Virus record (IMG/VR): IMGVR_UViG_3300010970_000108
Location: 1-32,824 of that record
Reading direction: 5' to 3' (one strand)
Source of the DNA: a virus
DNA: 32,824 nt
A program made the position numbers and the translations under genes. The notes under the pieces are model-generated. The model did no database searches. It was given only the letters and a program-made list of their open reading frames with translations, and was not told the origin of the DNA. This document shows, in pieces, positions 17,616 to 24,443 of the stretch (the first letter of the stretch is position 1; every line of letters starts with the position of its first letter).

Positions 17616-18637
17616 ACTTCTTCAGTTTCAAGGTTACTGAATGTTTCACCAGTTTCGCTGATATGCTTTGCCAAGGCTTCTGCCATTTGTCCTATGGATA
17701 ACTTCGCCCATGACTTGACCTTAACATACTTGTTTACGTGTTGCCAGTTCTTAATGAAATTAGTCATTACCGCCATTGCCCATGCTTCAGATTCAATGAC
17801 AACAATCTTAATTTCACGCTTAACTTTAGGAGTATCAACGATTAATGTTTCGGATTGCGCTATCAAGGTATTTATGGCTAAGTCTGCTTTGAGTTCTTGT
17901 TCTGCTTGTGCAACTCGAATGCGTTGTTCTTCTTCAAGTTTCTCGATTGAATTGAAATCGTGAGCATACATTTCGAACTTCACCGCAACCAATTCTTGAT
18001 AATATGCAAGGTCATTGCTTGGCTCGTACTTGTCAATACTATGGAAGATGTCCAATGCTTCTTGGTCGGTGATGAACATACGGTTAAACTTTACAAAAGT
18101 TGATAGTTCAATTTTAGCCAATATGTTAACCATGTCATCAACCATGTGAGGAACATTGTCGACTGGTAGTCTTGCTTTAATGCAGTTGATGTAACTTGAA
18201 TCTATCATCTTTTGAAGGTTGCTTCTATACTCATGTGCGATTCTTGTCCACTCATTAACAATGTGGGCCTTGTACATTGCCACTTCGTTGGCGTGAAGTT
18301 GTTGCTCCTTGGCTTCAGACTCAATGGCTAAACGCTTGGCAAGTTCAAGTTTAGTTGCATCATCAATCATGGCTGCCATGCGCTTTTCAAACTCCATTGA
18401 AGGTGAATAAAGTTTGTCATCAAGCATCTTTGTAAATTCCAAACGTTTGCGCTTTGCTTCGCTTAGGTTAAATTTTGCATTTCGTAAGTTTGCCTGCATC
18501 CGTTCCAATGGTAAGTCTTGAATGTCCTTTAATTCCCCTTGGCAGGCTAATTCATCAAGTCTTAAACGGTCAAATAGATCAATTCTAATTTCGGCTAACT
18601 TAAGCCATCCTTGTTGGATTGTTGTTAATTGGTTCAT
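17606..18637 (-). CDS. Hypothetical helical protein of the recombination module
   Basis: 343-aa, largely coiled-coil ORF between the annealase and exonuclease genes. Its position recalls DUF1351-type phage proteins, but I see no diagnostic motif. Confidence 0.35.
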   Translation of the reverse strand: MNQLTTIQQGWLKLAEIRIDLFDRLRLDELACQGELKDIQDLPLERMQANLRNAKFNLSEAKRKRLEFTKMLDDKLYSPSMEFEKRMAAMIDDATKLELAKRLAIESEAKEQQLHANEVAMYKAHIVNEWTRIAHEYRSNLQKMIDSSYINCIKARLPVDNVPHMVDDMVNILAKIELSTFVKFNRMFITDQEALDIFHSIDKYEPSNDLAYYQELVAVKFEMYAHDFNSIEKLEEEQRIRVAQAEQELKADLAINTLIAQSETLIVDTPKVKREIKIVVIESEAWAMAVMTNFIKNWQHVNKYVKVKSWAKLSIGQMAEALAKHISETGETFSNLETEEVCK

Positions 18638-18649
18638 GGTAGTTGTTGT

Positions 18650-19348
18650 TTATAGTTCGAAATCTGATTCGGTAGTTGTTGCAGGTGTAAACATGGCTAT
18701 CTGCTCGTGTGTTAATTCCACGTTTGCCAATGCCCAGTCTTTAACCAAGGTAACACCATCCTTTAAATATTCGCCAGCGTGAATTTTTTGCAACATATCA
18801 TTAAACTGCACTTCATTCAATACACGTTTCTTCGGTGCTGGTGTTGGTACTTCAACCGCTTGAACATCTTCCGTAATGGCTTCCTTCATTGTATCAGTTT
18901 CAGATTCATCTAAGATACCAAGACCACAAATAGACAAAGTAACTCTGCGCTTTGCTTTAGTTTCTGCCTTCATTAATGCGTTAGCAAGTGCATCACCTTT
19001 AAGATTGCTTATAGTTACTGCACCAGTGCTTGTATCAACTTTACCATTTTTATCCATTGCTTTAGCAGTTACCACATAAACATCTTCAATCTTTTGAGAT
19101 GCGATATCAGTAATTGAAACTCCATGAATTTTGCGAAGTTGCTCGGTGCAATCCTTAGTTGCATAAAGTTTCTCTTTACCTTGAAACTTGATAATCTGAA
19201 AAGGTTGCGTTAATGGATTCAATCCTAAAGACTGGCAAAATTGAGTATAATAGTTTACTCTTTGTTCTTTAGACATCTGACTAATATCACCATCCAATAC
19301 AAGTTTTTGTATTACTGATGAATCATTCTTGGTTTGTAGTTGGTTCAT
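18650..19348 (-). CDS. Single-strand annealing protein (RecT/Red-beta superfamily)
   Basis: 232 aa. CQSLGLNPLTQPFQII and MKAETKAKRRVTLSICGLGILDESE resemble conserved RecT/Bet-like blocks. An exonuclease gene lies nearby. Confidence 0.55.
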   Translation of the reverse strand: MNQLQTKNDSSVIQKLVLDGDISQMSKEQRVNYYTQFCQSLGLNPLTQPFQIIKFQGKEKLYATKDCTEQLRKIHGVSITDIASQKIEDVYVVTAKAMDKNGKVDTSTGAVTISNLKGDALANALMKAETKAKRRVTLSICGLGILDESETDTMKEAITEDVQAVEVPTPAPKKRVLNEVQFNDMLQKIHAGEYLKDGVTLVKDWALANVELTHEQIAMFTPATTTESDFEL

Positions 19349-19367
19349 TGTTGTTTTTTTGTTGAAA

Positions 19368-19838
19368 TTATAAAATATTTAATCTTGCAAATTCTTTGTG
19401 ATAAACTTCTGCATATTGATTATATGCAAATGCAGCTCTAATTGGTTCTTTATATGAACCTATGTACTTTCTTTTTCTATTTATCGTAATTGCAGCTACA
19501 TAAGTATCATATCTTTTATCATAAGAAATTCCTTTATAACGTGATTTAGAATAATTTTTTCCTTTGGCATTTAAAGAATTTTCTGATTTAGTACAACTTC
19601 TTAAATTATCAATACTGTTATTTTGTTTATTTCCATCTTTATGGTCAATCACATCAGGGAAATACCCATTAAATAAAAAGTAAATTAATCTATGTTCTTT
19701 GTAATATTTATTATCTATACCAATATGAATGTACCCATCACCATTAATAGTACCAGCTTTTTTATTATTTTTATTTCTATATAAAGAACAATCTTTATAA
19801 GTAAATAATTCTAATATTTTTTCTTTTGTAATCTCCAT
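19368..19838 (-). CDS. Free-standing HNH homing endonuclease with a C-terminal AP2-type DNA-binding domain
   Basis: 156 aa. HNH_3 signature IDHKDGNKQNNSIDNLRSCTKSEN, followed by the AP2-like YKGISYDKRYDTYVAAITINRKRKYIGSYKEPIRAAFAYNQ. Confidence 0.8.
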   Translation of the reverse strand: MEITKEKILELFTYKDCSLYRNKNNKKAGTINGDGYIHIGIDNKYYKEHRLIYFLFNGYFPDVIDHKDGNKQNNSIDNLRSCTKSENSLNAKGKNYSKSRYKGISYDKRYDTYVAAITINRKRKYIGSYKEPIRAAFAYNQYAEVYHKEFARLNIL

Positions 19839-20003
19839 TTAGCTGATTTTTAAAGTTGGTAAAATAAGTGTGCGCACTGCATTGGTTAATGAGCCATGAA
19901 CTTTCAAGATAGCTTTCTTTTCGTTATCTTTAAGATAGGCTGATACCAGTTTTAGTCGGTCAGATTCAGGAATAGTCTTTCGACCTACTTTTTGTTTTTC
20001 CAT
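19839..20003 (-). CDS. Small basic protein, first gene of the leftward early operon (possible DNA-binding regulator)
   Basis: The ATG at 20003 (MEKQKVGRKTIPESDRLKLVSAYL...) lies 22 nt downstream of a TAnnTTTG box. The track start at 20078 would include the promoter. Confidence 0.4.
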   Translation of the reverse strand: MEKQKVGRKTIPESDRLKLVSAYLKDNEKKAILKVHGSLTNAVRTLILPTLKIS

Positions 20004-20025
20004 TGTTAATAGTTTTGTTGAATTG

Positions 20026-20033
20026 CAAATATA
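20026..20033 (-). promoter_or_regulatory. Bacteroidota-type -7 box TATATTTG (leftward early promoter)
   Basis: Minus strand TATATTTG matches TAnnTTTG. It is 22 nt upstream of the ATG at 20003, in the only divergent intergenic region. Confidence 0.45.
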
Positions 20034-20092
20034 CATAATTAATTGAAATAAAAAATATTTTTTAAACTTGATAAACATATTGTTTTATTTAT

Positions 20093-20100
20093 TATCTTTG
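20093..20100 (+). promoter_or_regulatory. Bacteroidota-type -7 box TATCTTTG (rightward early promoter)
   Basis: Plus strand TATCTTTG matches TAnnTTTG. A CTTG lies 22 nt upstream as a possible -33 element. The ATG at 20120 is 19 nt downstream. Confidence 0.45.
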
Positions 20101-20119
20101 AATCCTAAATAACAACACA

Positions 20120-20272
20120 ATGACTAAATGTAACTGCCCAAAACAATCAACTAACTGCCTACAATGTGAGGCAGTAGCTTTCTTTTTTCGCCATCAGTTT
20201 TTAATTGTATCAATAATAGTTTTAACCCTTCTTGTCCTATGTGGTCAAGTACAAGACAATGAAACAAGATGA
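20120..20272 (+). CDS. Possible 50-aa Cys-rich membrane peptide
   Basis: Hand-translated MTKCNCPKQSTNCLQCEAVAFFFRHQFLIVSIIVLTLLVLCGQVQDNETR. Its TGA overlaps the next ATG (ATGA). Below the track size cutoff. Confidence 0.35.
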   Translation: MTKCNCPKQSTNCLQCEAVAFFFRHQFLIVSIIVLTLLVLCGQVQDNETR

Positions 20273-20613
20273 TAAATGCAAGAGTAATTCCAGGGCTGAA
20301 GTTCAAAGCCGTTAAAATTCAAAGAGTAGTTTCAATGGATGCAATTATAAAAGTAGTTTGCGAGCATTATGAAACCGATATAACTGCACTACGTAAGCAG
20401 AACCGAACAAGTAGAACCGTTCAAGCAAGGTATATTTTGTTTTATTTATTACGCAAACATACTGATATGTCATTGGTTGATGTTGCAAATTACTTTGCTC
20501 CTGGCATCAAGGACCATTCAACCGTTATACATGGCGTAAGGTTCATTGAAGGTCAACTTAACGCAAAGCATGATAACTCAATTAAAGTCATAATGAATGA
20601 AATTTACATCTAA
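20269..20613 (+). CDS. DnaA C-terminal (domain IV) HTH-only protein
   Basis: 114 aa. RTVQARYILFYLLRKHTDMSLVDVANYFAPGIKDHSTVIHGVRFIE matches the Bac_DnaA_C pattern (R..A..YL.R..T..S...IG..F...DHSTV.H). No AAA+ domain is present. Confidence 0.7.
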   Translation: MINARVIPGLKFKAVKIQRVVSMDAIIKVVCEHYETDITALRKQNRTSRTVQARYILFYLLRKHTDMSLVDVANYFAPGIKDHSTVIHGVRFIEGQLNAKHDNSIKVIMNEIYI

Positions 20614-20679
20614 ATGGATTCTCTGCCGTGCTTGTCGGCACTATTTCACCATAACAATTAAAACTAAAAAATCAACACT

Positions 20680-20994
20680 ATGTCCAAAATGCAAAGCAGT
20701 AAACTAAAAAAAGATGTTTGGATGGACCTACTCACTAACGAACGTTATCGAATCCTCGGTCAAGTAATTGATGGTATGATATACCATTATGAATGTGTAA
20801 ACGAAGTAAAAGAAATGCTCCAACGTTGGGATGAAAACGGTTTCTTAAGATCTATCATCATGCCTGATAATGAACCTGATAATATGTGTACCAGTTGCAA
20901 TGGTACTGGCGAAGGTTCTCATCCTGATTCTACTTGCTGGCATTGCAGCGGTGATGGTGCTATCATCCCTAAAACTTATGACTATGAAGGGTAG
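20680..20994 (+). CDS. Protein with a DnaJ-type CxxCxGxG zinc-finger pair
   Basis: 104 aa. The C-terminus carries CTSCNGTG and CWHCSGDG. Confidence 0.5.
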   Translation: MSKMQSSKLKKDVWMDLLTNERYRILGQVIDGMIYHYECVNEVKEMLQRWDENGFLRSIIMPDNEPDNMCTSCNGTGEGSHPDSTCWHCSGDGAIIPKTYDYEG

Positions 20995-21070
20995 AGTAAA
21001 TGCACTTGTAGTCATTATCAGTATCTTATTTTGGTACATTATTTATAAACTAATCACATTCATATTATGA
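20984..21070 (+). CDS. Possible 28-aa membrane peptide
   Basis: MKGRVNALVVIISILFWYIIYKLITFIL. Its stop overlaps the next ATG (ATGA). The longer track ORF 20870..21070 is in the same frame but overlaps the zinc-finger gene. Confidence 0.25.
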   Translation: MKGRVNALVVIISILFWYIIYKLITFIL

Positions 21071-21270
21071 ACACCTCAAGCATTCACGAATACATAGAAC
21101 GCAATCAGGCTCGTAAAATATTACGAGCCAAGTATTCAAATGGACAAATGTATTATTTCCATCAAGGTACTTGGATAACACAACTCCAGTACAATAAACT
21201 TTATCCGCATTACAATTTTCTTAGAAATAGTAACACGGTAAATAATTGCGATAAAACTAAAATAGCATAA
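21067..21270 (+). CDS. Hypothetical protein
   Basis: 67-aa ORF coupled to its neighbours. No motif. Confidence 0.4.
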   Translation: MNTSSIHEYIERNQARKILRAKYSNGQMYYFHQGTWITQLQYNKLYPHYNFLRNSNTVNNCDKTKIA

Positions 21271-21271
21271 T

Positions 21272-21604
21272 ATGTACGAATACGAAGCAGAAGTAATCCG
21301 AGTAATAGATGGTGATACCATTGTATTACGCATTGATTTAGGATTTAAACTTAGTTGGAAAGTATCTTGCAGGCTTCACGGGATCGATTGCCCTGAACTA
21401 CGAAGTAAGTCAGCATCTGAACGAATAGCAGCTAAGGCAGCAAAGGACTTTACTCAAGGTGAATTACCAATCGGTTCAACCGTGTTAGTGTACTCCGTTG
21501 AACTTGACAAGTATGGCAGACCTTTAGTAGATATCTTTTACGGTGATAAGCACCTGAATGAAGAACTTGTATCAAATAACCATGCTAAATTATACATGAT
21601 ATGA
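21272..21604 (+). CDS. Staphylococcal-nuclease-like (thermonuclease/SNase fold) nuclease
   Basis: 110 aa. VIRVIDGDTIVL, CRLHGIDCPE and DKYGRPLVDIF match the SNase pattern (DGDT ... RL.GID.PE ... D.YGR.L). Confidence 0.7.
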   Translation: MYEYEAEVIRVIDGDTIVLRIDLGFKLSWKVSCRLHGIDCPELRSKSASERIAAKAAKDFTQGELPIGSTVLVYSVELDKYGRPLVDIFYGDKHLNEELVSNNHAKLYMI

Positions 21605-21909
21605 ATAGGTATAAAATAATGGTCTATACTATACAAGGTCAGCAGTTGTTTTTCTGCCACTGGAAAATGGGAACTAACTACCACACACGAATGGTAAGTA
21701 ACCGAGGTGACTCGATATGGTACACCGATAAAGATATTGACTACGTTGAACATTTTTTAAAAACAAACATTGAGAAACTCGAAGTTAAAACCTACACAAT
21801 ATCACCCGCTACGCACAAACCTGATAAGACTCAGGCACGACAACGAAATGACTCAGTTGTGTTTCGGGGAGATGCTCGGCATATCGAAAGGTATGGTTCA
21901 ATCTTATGA
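21601..21909 (+). CDS. Hypothetical protein; its 3' third overlaps the XRE frame and is probably not all coding
   Basis: 102-aa ORF. The last ~45 codons overlap 21770..22000 and translate to an R/D/T-rich, low-complexity tail. Confidence 0.35.
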   Translation: MNRYKIMVYTIQGQQLFFCHWKMGTNYHTRMVSNRGDSIWYTDKDIDYVEHFLKTNIEKLEVKTYTISPATHKPDKTQARQRNDSVVFRGDARHIERYGSIL

Positions 21910-22000
21910 AGATGGCAGAGCCGAGCCATCAATAGCAACTTTAAAAAAGATAGTTGATGTTTTCGGGATTGATGATTTGTATTTATTCTTATATCAGTAA
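21770..22000 (+). CDS. XRE-family (Cro/CI-type) HTH protein
   Basis: LRTNLIRLRHDNEMTQLCFGEMLGISKGMVQSYEDGRAEPSIATLKKIVDVFGI is a canonical HTH_3 domain. The only start that keeps helix 1 is a TTG at 21770. Confidence 0.65.
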   Translation: MRNSKLKPTQYHPLRTNLIRLRHDNEMTQLCFGEMLGISKGMVQSYEDGRAEPSIATLKKIVDVFGIDDLYLFLYQ

Positions 22001-22011
22001 AATGTTTAATT

Positions 22012-22242
22012 ATGAATAATCAGAGAATGCAATTATTTATTGTGAAATATTCAATAAATTATCCGTCAGGGAAAAAATGGGTTACTGAAAGAAAAGCCTA
22101 TGGTATAACAAAACTTGGAGCAATAGATGTAATTAAATGGATACATAGCAATAAAGACATATCTATTATTTCAGTAGAGCCTACTTATGAATATTCAGCA
22201 TTGGCAGTTTTTGGTGATAATCATACCGTTGGTGAACGTTAA
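22012..22242 (+). CDS. Hypothetical protein, last gene of the plus-strand cassette
   Basis: 76-aa ORF followed by a strong terminator. Confidence 0.4.
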   Translation: MNNQRMQLFIVKYSINYPSGKKWVTERKAYGITKLGAIDVIKWIHSNKDISIISVEPTYEYSALAVFGDNHTVGER

Positions 22243-22265
22243 TTGACCTTTACTTGTTCTTATAC

Positions 22266-22294
22266 GCCAGTAGTTAACACTACTGGCTTTTTTT
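22266..22294 (+). terminator. Intrinsic terminator ending the plus-strand cassette
   Basis: GCCAGTAGT-taac-ACTACTGGC (perfect 9-bp stem), then seven T. It lies at the convergence point with the endolysin gene. Confidence 0.85.
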
Positions 22295-22778
22295 ATATCC
22301 TAACAAACCCATGCTCATCTACCTTTCCTGCCTGATGCAAGGCAAGTAACTGCCTTACTGAATATCCCAATGTCTTTTGAAAATGAGGAGCATCTCTAAA
22401 TTTCCAATCAATCCCTGCTTCCCATCCGAACTGCTTAAATATATGGACTACTTCAATCCAGTCTGCTTTGCCATCGGCATCAAAGTCTTTCCCCGTATCC
22501 CAACTTGCAGCACCATTTGCAATCAAAACAATATCAACCGCCATGCCATAATTATGGTAGGATAAACCTGCGCGAGCATTGCTAACTACCTTACCTGGCT
22601 TTGTTCTGCCTTGAGCATATATTGCATCTTGCTCTGCAAATGTCCTCAAGGTATAAGTGAATCTGCAAATTGCCCTACCGCTTAATGCTTCGCAAATCTC
22701 CTCATATATCTCCATCACTTCATCCCTTAACTTTGGGTGAAGTAATTTTATCCTATCTAAAGTAACCTGGTCTTTCAT
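22293..22778 (-). CDS. Endolysin, peptidase M15 family (L-alanyl-D-glutamate or VanY-like zinc peptidase)
   Basis: Zinc-binding motifs SYHNYGMAVD and DAPHF. The layout resembles the T5-type endolysin. The ATG at 22778 overlaps the upstream stop (ATGA), so I prefer it to the track start at 22832. Confidence 0.8.
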   Translation of the reverse strand: MKDQVTLDRIKLLHPKLRDEVMEIYEEICEALSGRAICRFTYTLRTFAEQDAIYAQGRTKPGKVVSNARAGLSYHNYGMAVDIVLIANGAASWDTGKDFDADGKADWIEVVHIFKQFGWEAGIDWKFRDAPHFQKTLGYSVRQLLALHQAGKVDEHGFVRI

Positions 22779-23116
22779 ACACAAAGTATTATAATAACTA
22801 AAAATATCATATAGTAAGCAAAGTATCCCCACTCCTTTTGGAAATCATAGCTTAACCTATCTACTATGCTTGTGGTTGTACTACTGATGTAATCAAATGG
22901 CAAACCACGAAATACGTTCAAACCCGTATCAAAAACTATCCTCCTTAAGGCTAACATCCCAATAGGATAACTCCATGATATAAAAAATGTTGGTGCAATC
23001 AACACGCAGTAAACAAGTGCGTTAACCCCATGCTTTATGTGGATTCCACGCTTAATCTTCCAGGCATCTATTTTCGCCAACACTAAGTTCAGAACTATGT
23101 ATAGTGAAATTATCAC
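22775..23116 (-). CDS. Membrane protein of the lysis cassette
   Basis: 113 aa with several hydrophobic helices (LYIVLNLVL, ALVYCVLIAPTFFI, YYMIFLVIIILCV). Confidence 0.4.
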   Translation of the reverse strand: MIISLYIVLNLVLAKIDAWKIKRGIHIKHGVNALVYCVLIAPTFFISWSYPIGMLALRRIVFDTGLNVFRGLPFDYISSTTTSIVDRLSYDFQKEWGYFAYYMIFLVIIILCV

Positions 23117-23418
23117 GCCTCGCTAATTGCTTCAAATGCAATGCCTAAACTCAAGATTAACATCATTATCAATACCCCAAGAAACACATTATAAGCCTTA
23201 TTTCCATCATTATCAGTTTCACTGAAATAATGTATATCAATTTTTCCCACCATAAGCCAAGCAGACAAGAATGCAAATACTGGAGTAACTGCAAATGGTA
23301 GATATTTGTAACCGTTTAATATCAGATCTACATAATGCCTCCAAAATCCTATCTGCCCAAGTGTTCCAAGTAAAAAACCAATGGCAGTAAAGATGCCAAC
23401 TTCTCTTAATTTTTTCAT
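23113..23418 (-). CDS. Membrane protein of the lysis cassette
   Basis: The ATG at 23418 overlaps the upstream TGA (ATGA). About three predicted TM helices. Confidence 0.4.
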   Translation of the reverse strand: MKKLREVGIFTAIGFLLGTLGQIGFWRHYVDLILNGYKYLPFAVTPVFAFLSAWLMVGKIDIHYFSETDNDGNKAYNVFLGVLIMMLILSLGIAFEAISEA

Positions 23419-23855
23419 CTTAGTTTTATTATGATTAAAAATATAATAACTCCTAACGCAATTATAAACCAATATAAACGGCTTGTTGCGTCTTGCTTAT
23501 GTTGTTCTGATTGCTTAGCAATATGCTCGATATCCGCTTGTAATTGCCTTACACGAGCATTGTCTACAATGACTGAACGAAGTGTATCATGAATGGTAAA
23601 AGTTCTCGTGAAGTTCTTGGTTTCCCAAAGTGTTATGTATGCAGTATCATTGATAATTGTGGTATCTGAGTAGACCTCTATCAGTGAGTCGACCATGACT
23701 ATGGTATCAGACTTCACAATTACCAATGTATCATTTGTACATCTGCCTTGCCGAATAACTTCCTTTGCAACCTGGTCAAACTTCTTAGGATCCTTAAGAA
23801 CTTGTTTAACCGGATTGCAACCGAATAGCAATACTATGAGCAATAACTTACGCAT
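23415..23855 (-). CDS. Putative unimolecular spanin (N-terminal lipoprotein signal plus C-terminal TM anchor)
   Basis: MRKLLLIVLLFGC gives a lipobox-like LFGC. The C-terminus LYWFIIALGVIIFLIIIKLR is a TM helix. It sits in the lysis cassette. Confidence 0.5.
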   Translation of the reverse strand: MRKLLLIVLLFGCNPVKQVLKDPKKFDQVAKEVIRQGRCTNDTLVIVKSDTIVMVDSLIEVYSDTTIINDTAYITLWETKNFTRTFTIHDTLRSVIVDNARVRQLQADIEHIAKQSEQHKQDATSRLYWFIIALGVIIFLIIIKLR

Positions 23856-24081
23856 CCTTCTTCAATAATTCACCTTTGCTATTGGTGAATAAGTTCTTCG
23901 TGATGTAAGATACTCCTGCCGTAATTCCAATCATTGCAAACGCTTTCAAATCAACCAAGGATGGAAATAAGCCAGTATTTAGGCTGCTTACAACCGCACT
24001 AAGGAAAGCAGTAAGGAAGGCAATTAGAAAGCCATTTAAGGCATCTCTGAGGTTCAAACTGAACAACGCTGAAAAGTTCAT
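23848..24081 (-). CDS. Putative holin
   Basis: 77 aa, two to three hydrophobic helices, charged C-terminus (KGELLKKDA). Upstream of the spanin and endolysin genes. Confidence 0.45.
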   Translation of the reverse strand: MNFSALFSLNLRDALNGFLIAFLTAFLSAVVSSLNTGLFPSLVDLKAFAMIGITAGVSYITKNLFTNSKGELLKKDA

Positions 24082-24082
24082 A

Positions 24083-24298
24083 TTATTTATTTATTTGTTT
24101 CTCAATATAGAATCCGATGATAGTGGCAATGATACCCACAATACTCCAAACAATCTTGTAAATATGCTTTCGCCAATCTTCCAACGAAGATACACGCCCA
24201 TTCGTCTTGGTTGTTTGAATTAGAATCGCATCCAACTTATCATCGAATTTCTTGTCCATTGCTTCGATTCTATCCACTATGAATTGTAAACTATCCAT
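24083..24298 (-). CDS. Small single-pass membrane protein (holin/antiholin candidate)
   Basis: 71 aa. Soluble helical N-terminus and a C-terminal TM (IVWSIVGIIATIIGFYI). Confidence 0.35.
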   Translation of the reverse strand: MDSLQFIVDRIEAMDKKFDDKLDAILIQTTKTNGRVSSLEDWRKHIYKIVWSIVGIIATIIGFYIEKQINK

Positions 24299-24431
24299 CT
24301 ACTTCTTGTGTTTCTTGTGTTTCTTTTATTTTCTCACCGATTGCTTGGTTGATTTCTTGCAGTTTCTTTTGATGATACTCAATAGTAGCAAGACAATCAT
24401 AAGCAGCCGATTTCAATTCTATCAAAGTCAT
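24291..24431 (-). CDS. Possible 46-aa protein
   Basis: Hand-translated MTLIELKSAAYDCLATIEYHQKKLQEINQAIGEKIKETQETQEVDG. Its start lies within the 18-nt element shared with gene 31008..31520. Confidence 0.35.
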   Translation of the reverse strand: MTLIELKSAAYDCLATIEYHQKKLQEINQAIGEKIKETQETQEVDG

Positions 24432-24443
24432 AGTTGTATATTT

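Noticed and set aside
20614-20679. Weak hairpin (TGCCG-N7-CGGCA) after the DnaA-domain gene considered as a terminator
   Set aside because: The stem is only 5 bp with no proper U-tract, and the downstream genes appear co-transcribed.
20845-21753. Minus-strand ORFs inside the plus-strand cassette (20845..21039, 21136..21333, 21538..21753) and the longer plus ORF 20870..21070
   Set aside because: They overlap motif-bearing plus-strand genes (zinc finger, SNase) and lack any promoter or terminator context. Only the last 28 codons of 20870..21070 are free of overlap.
21770-22000. The XRE HTH as a lysogeny repressor implying a temperate lifestyle
   Set aside because: No integrase, excisionase, transposase, partition or attachment-site features were found. 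An HTH protein alone does not support a temperate call.
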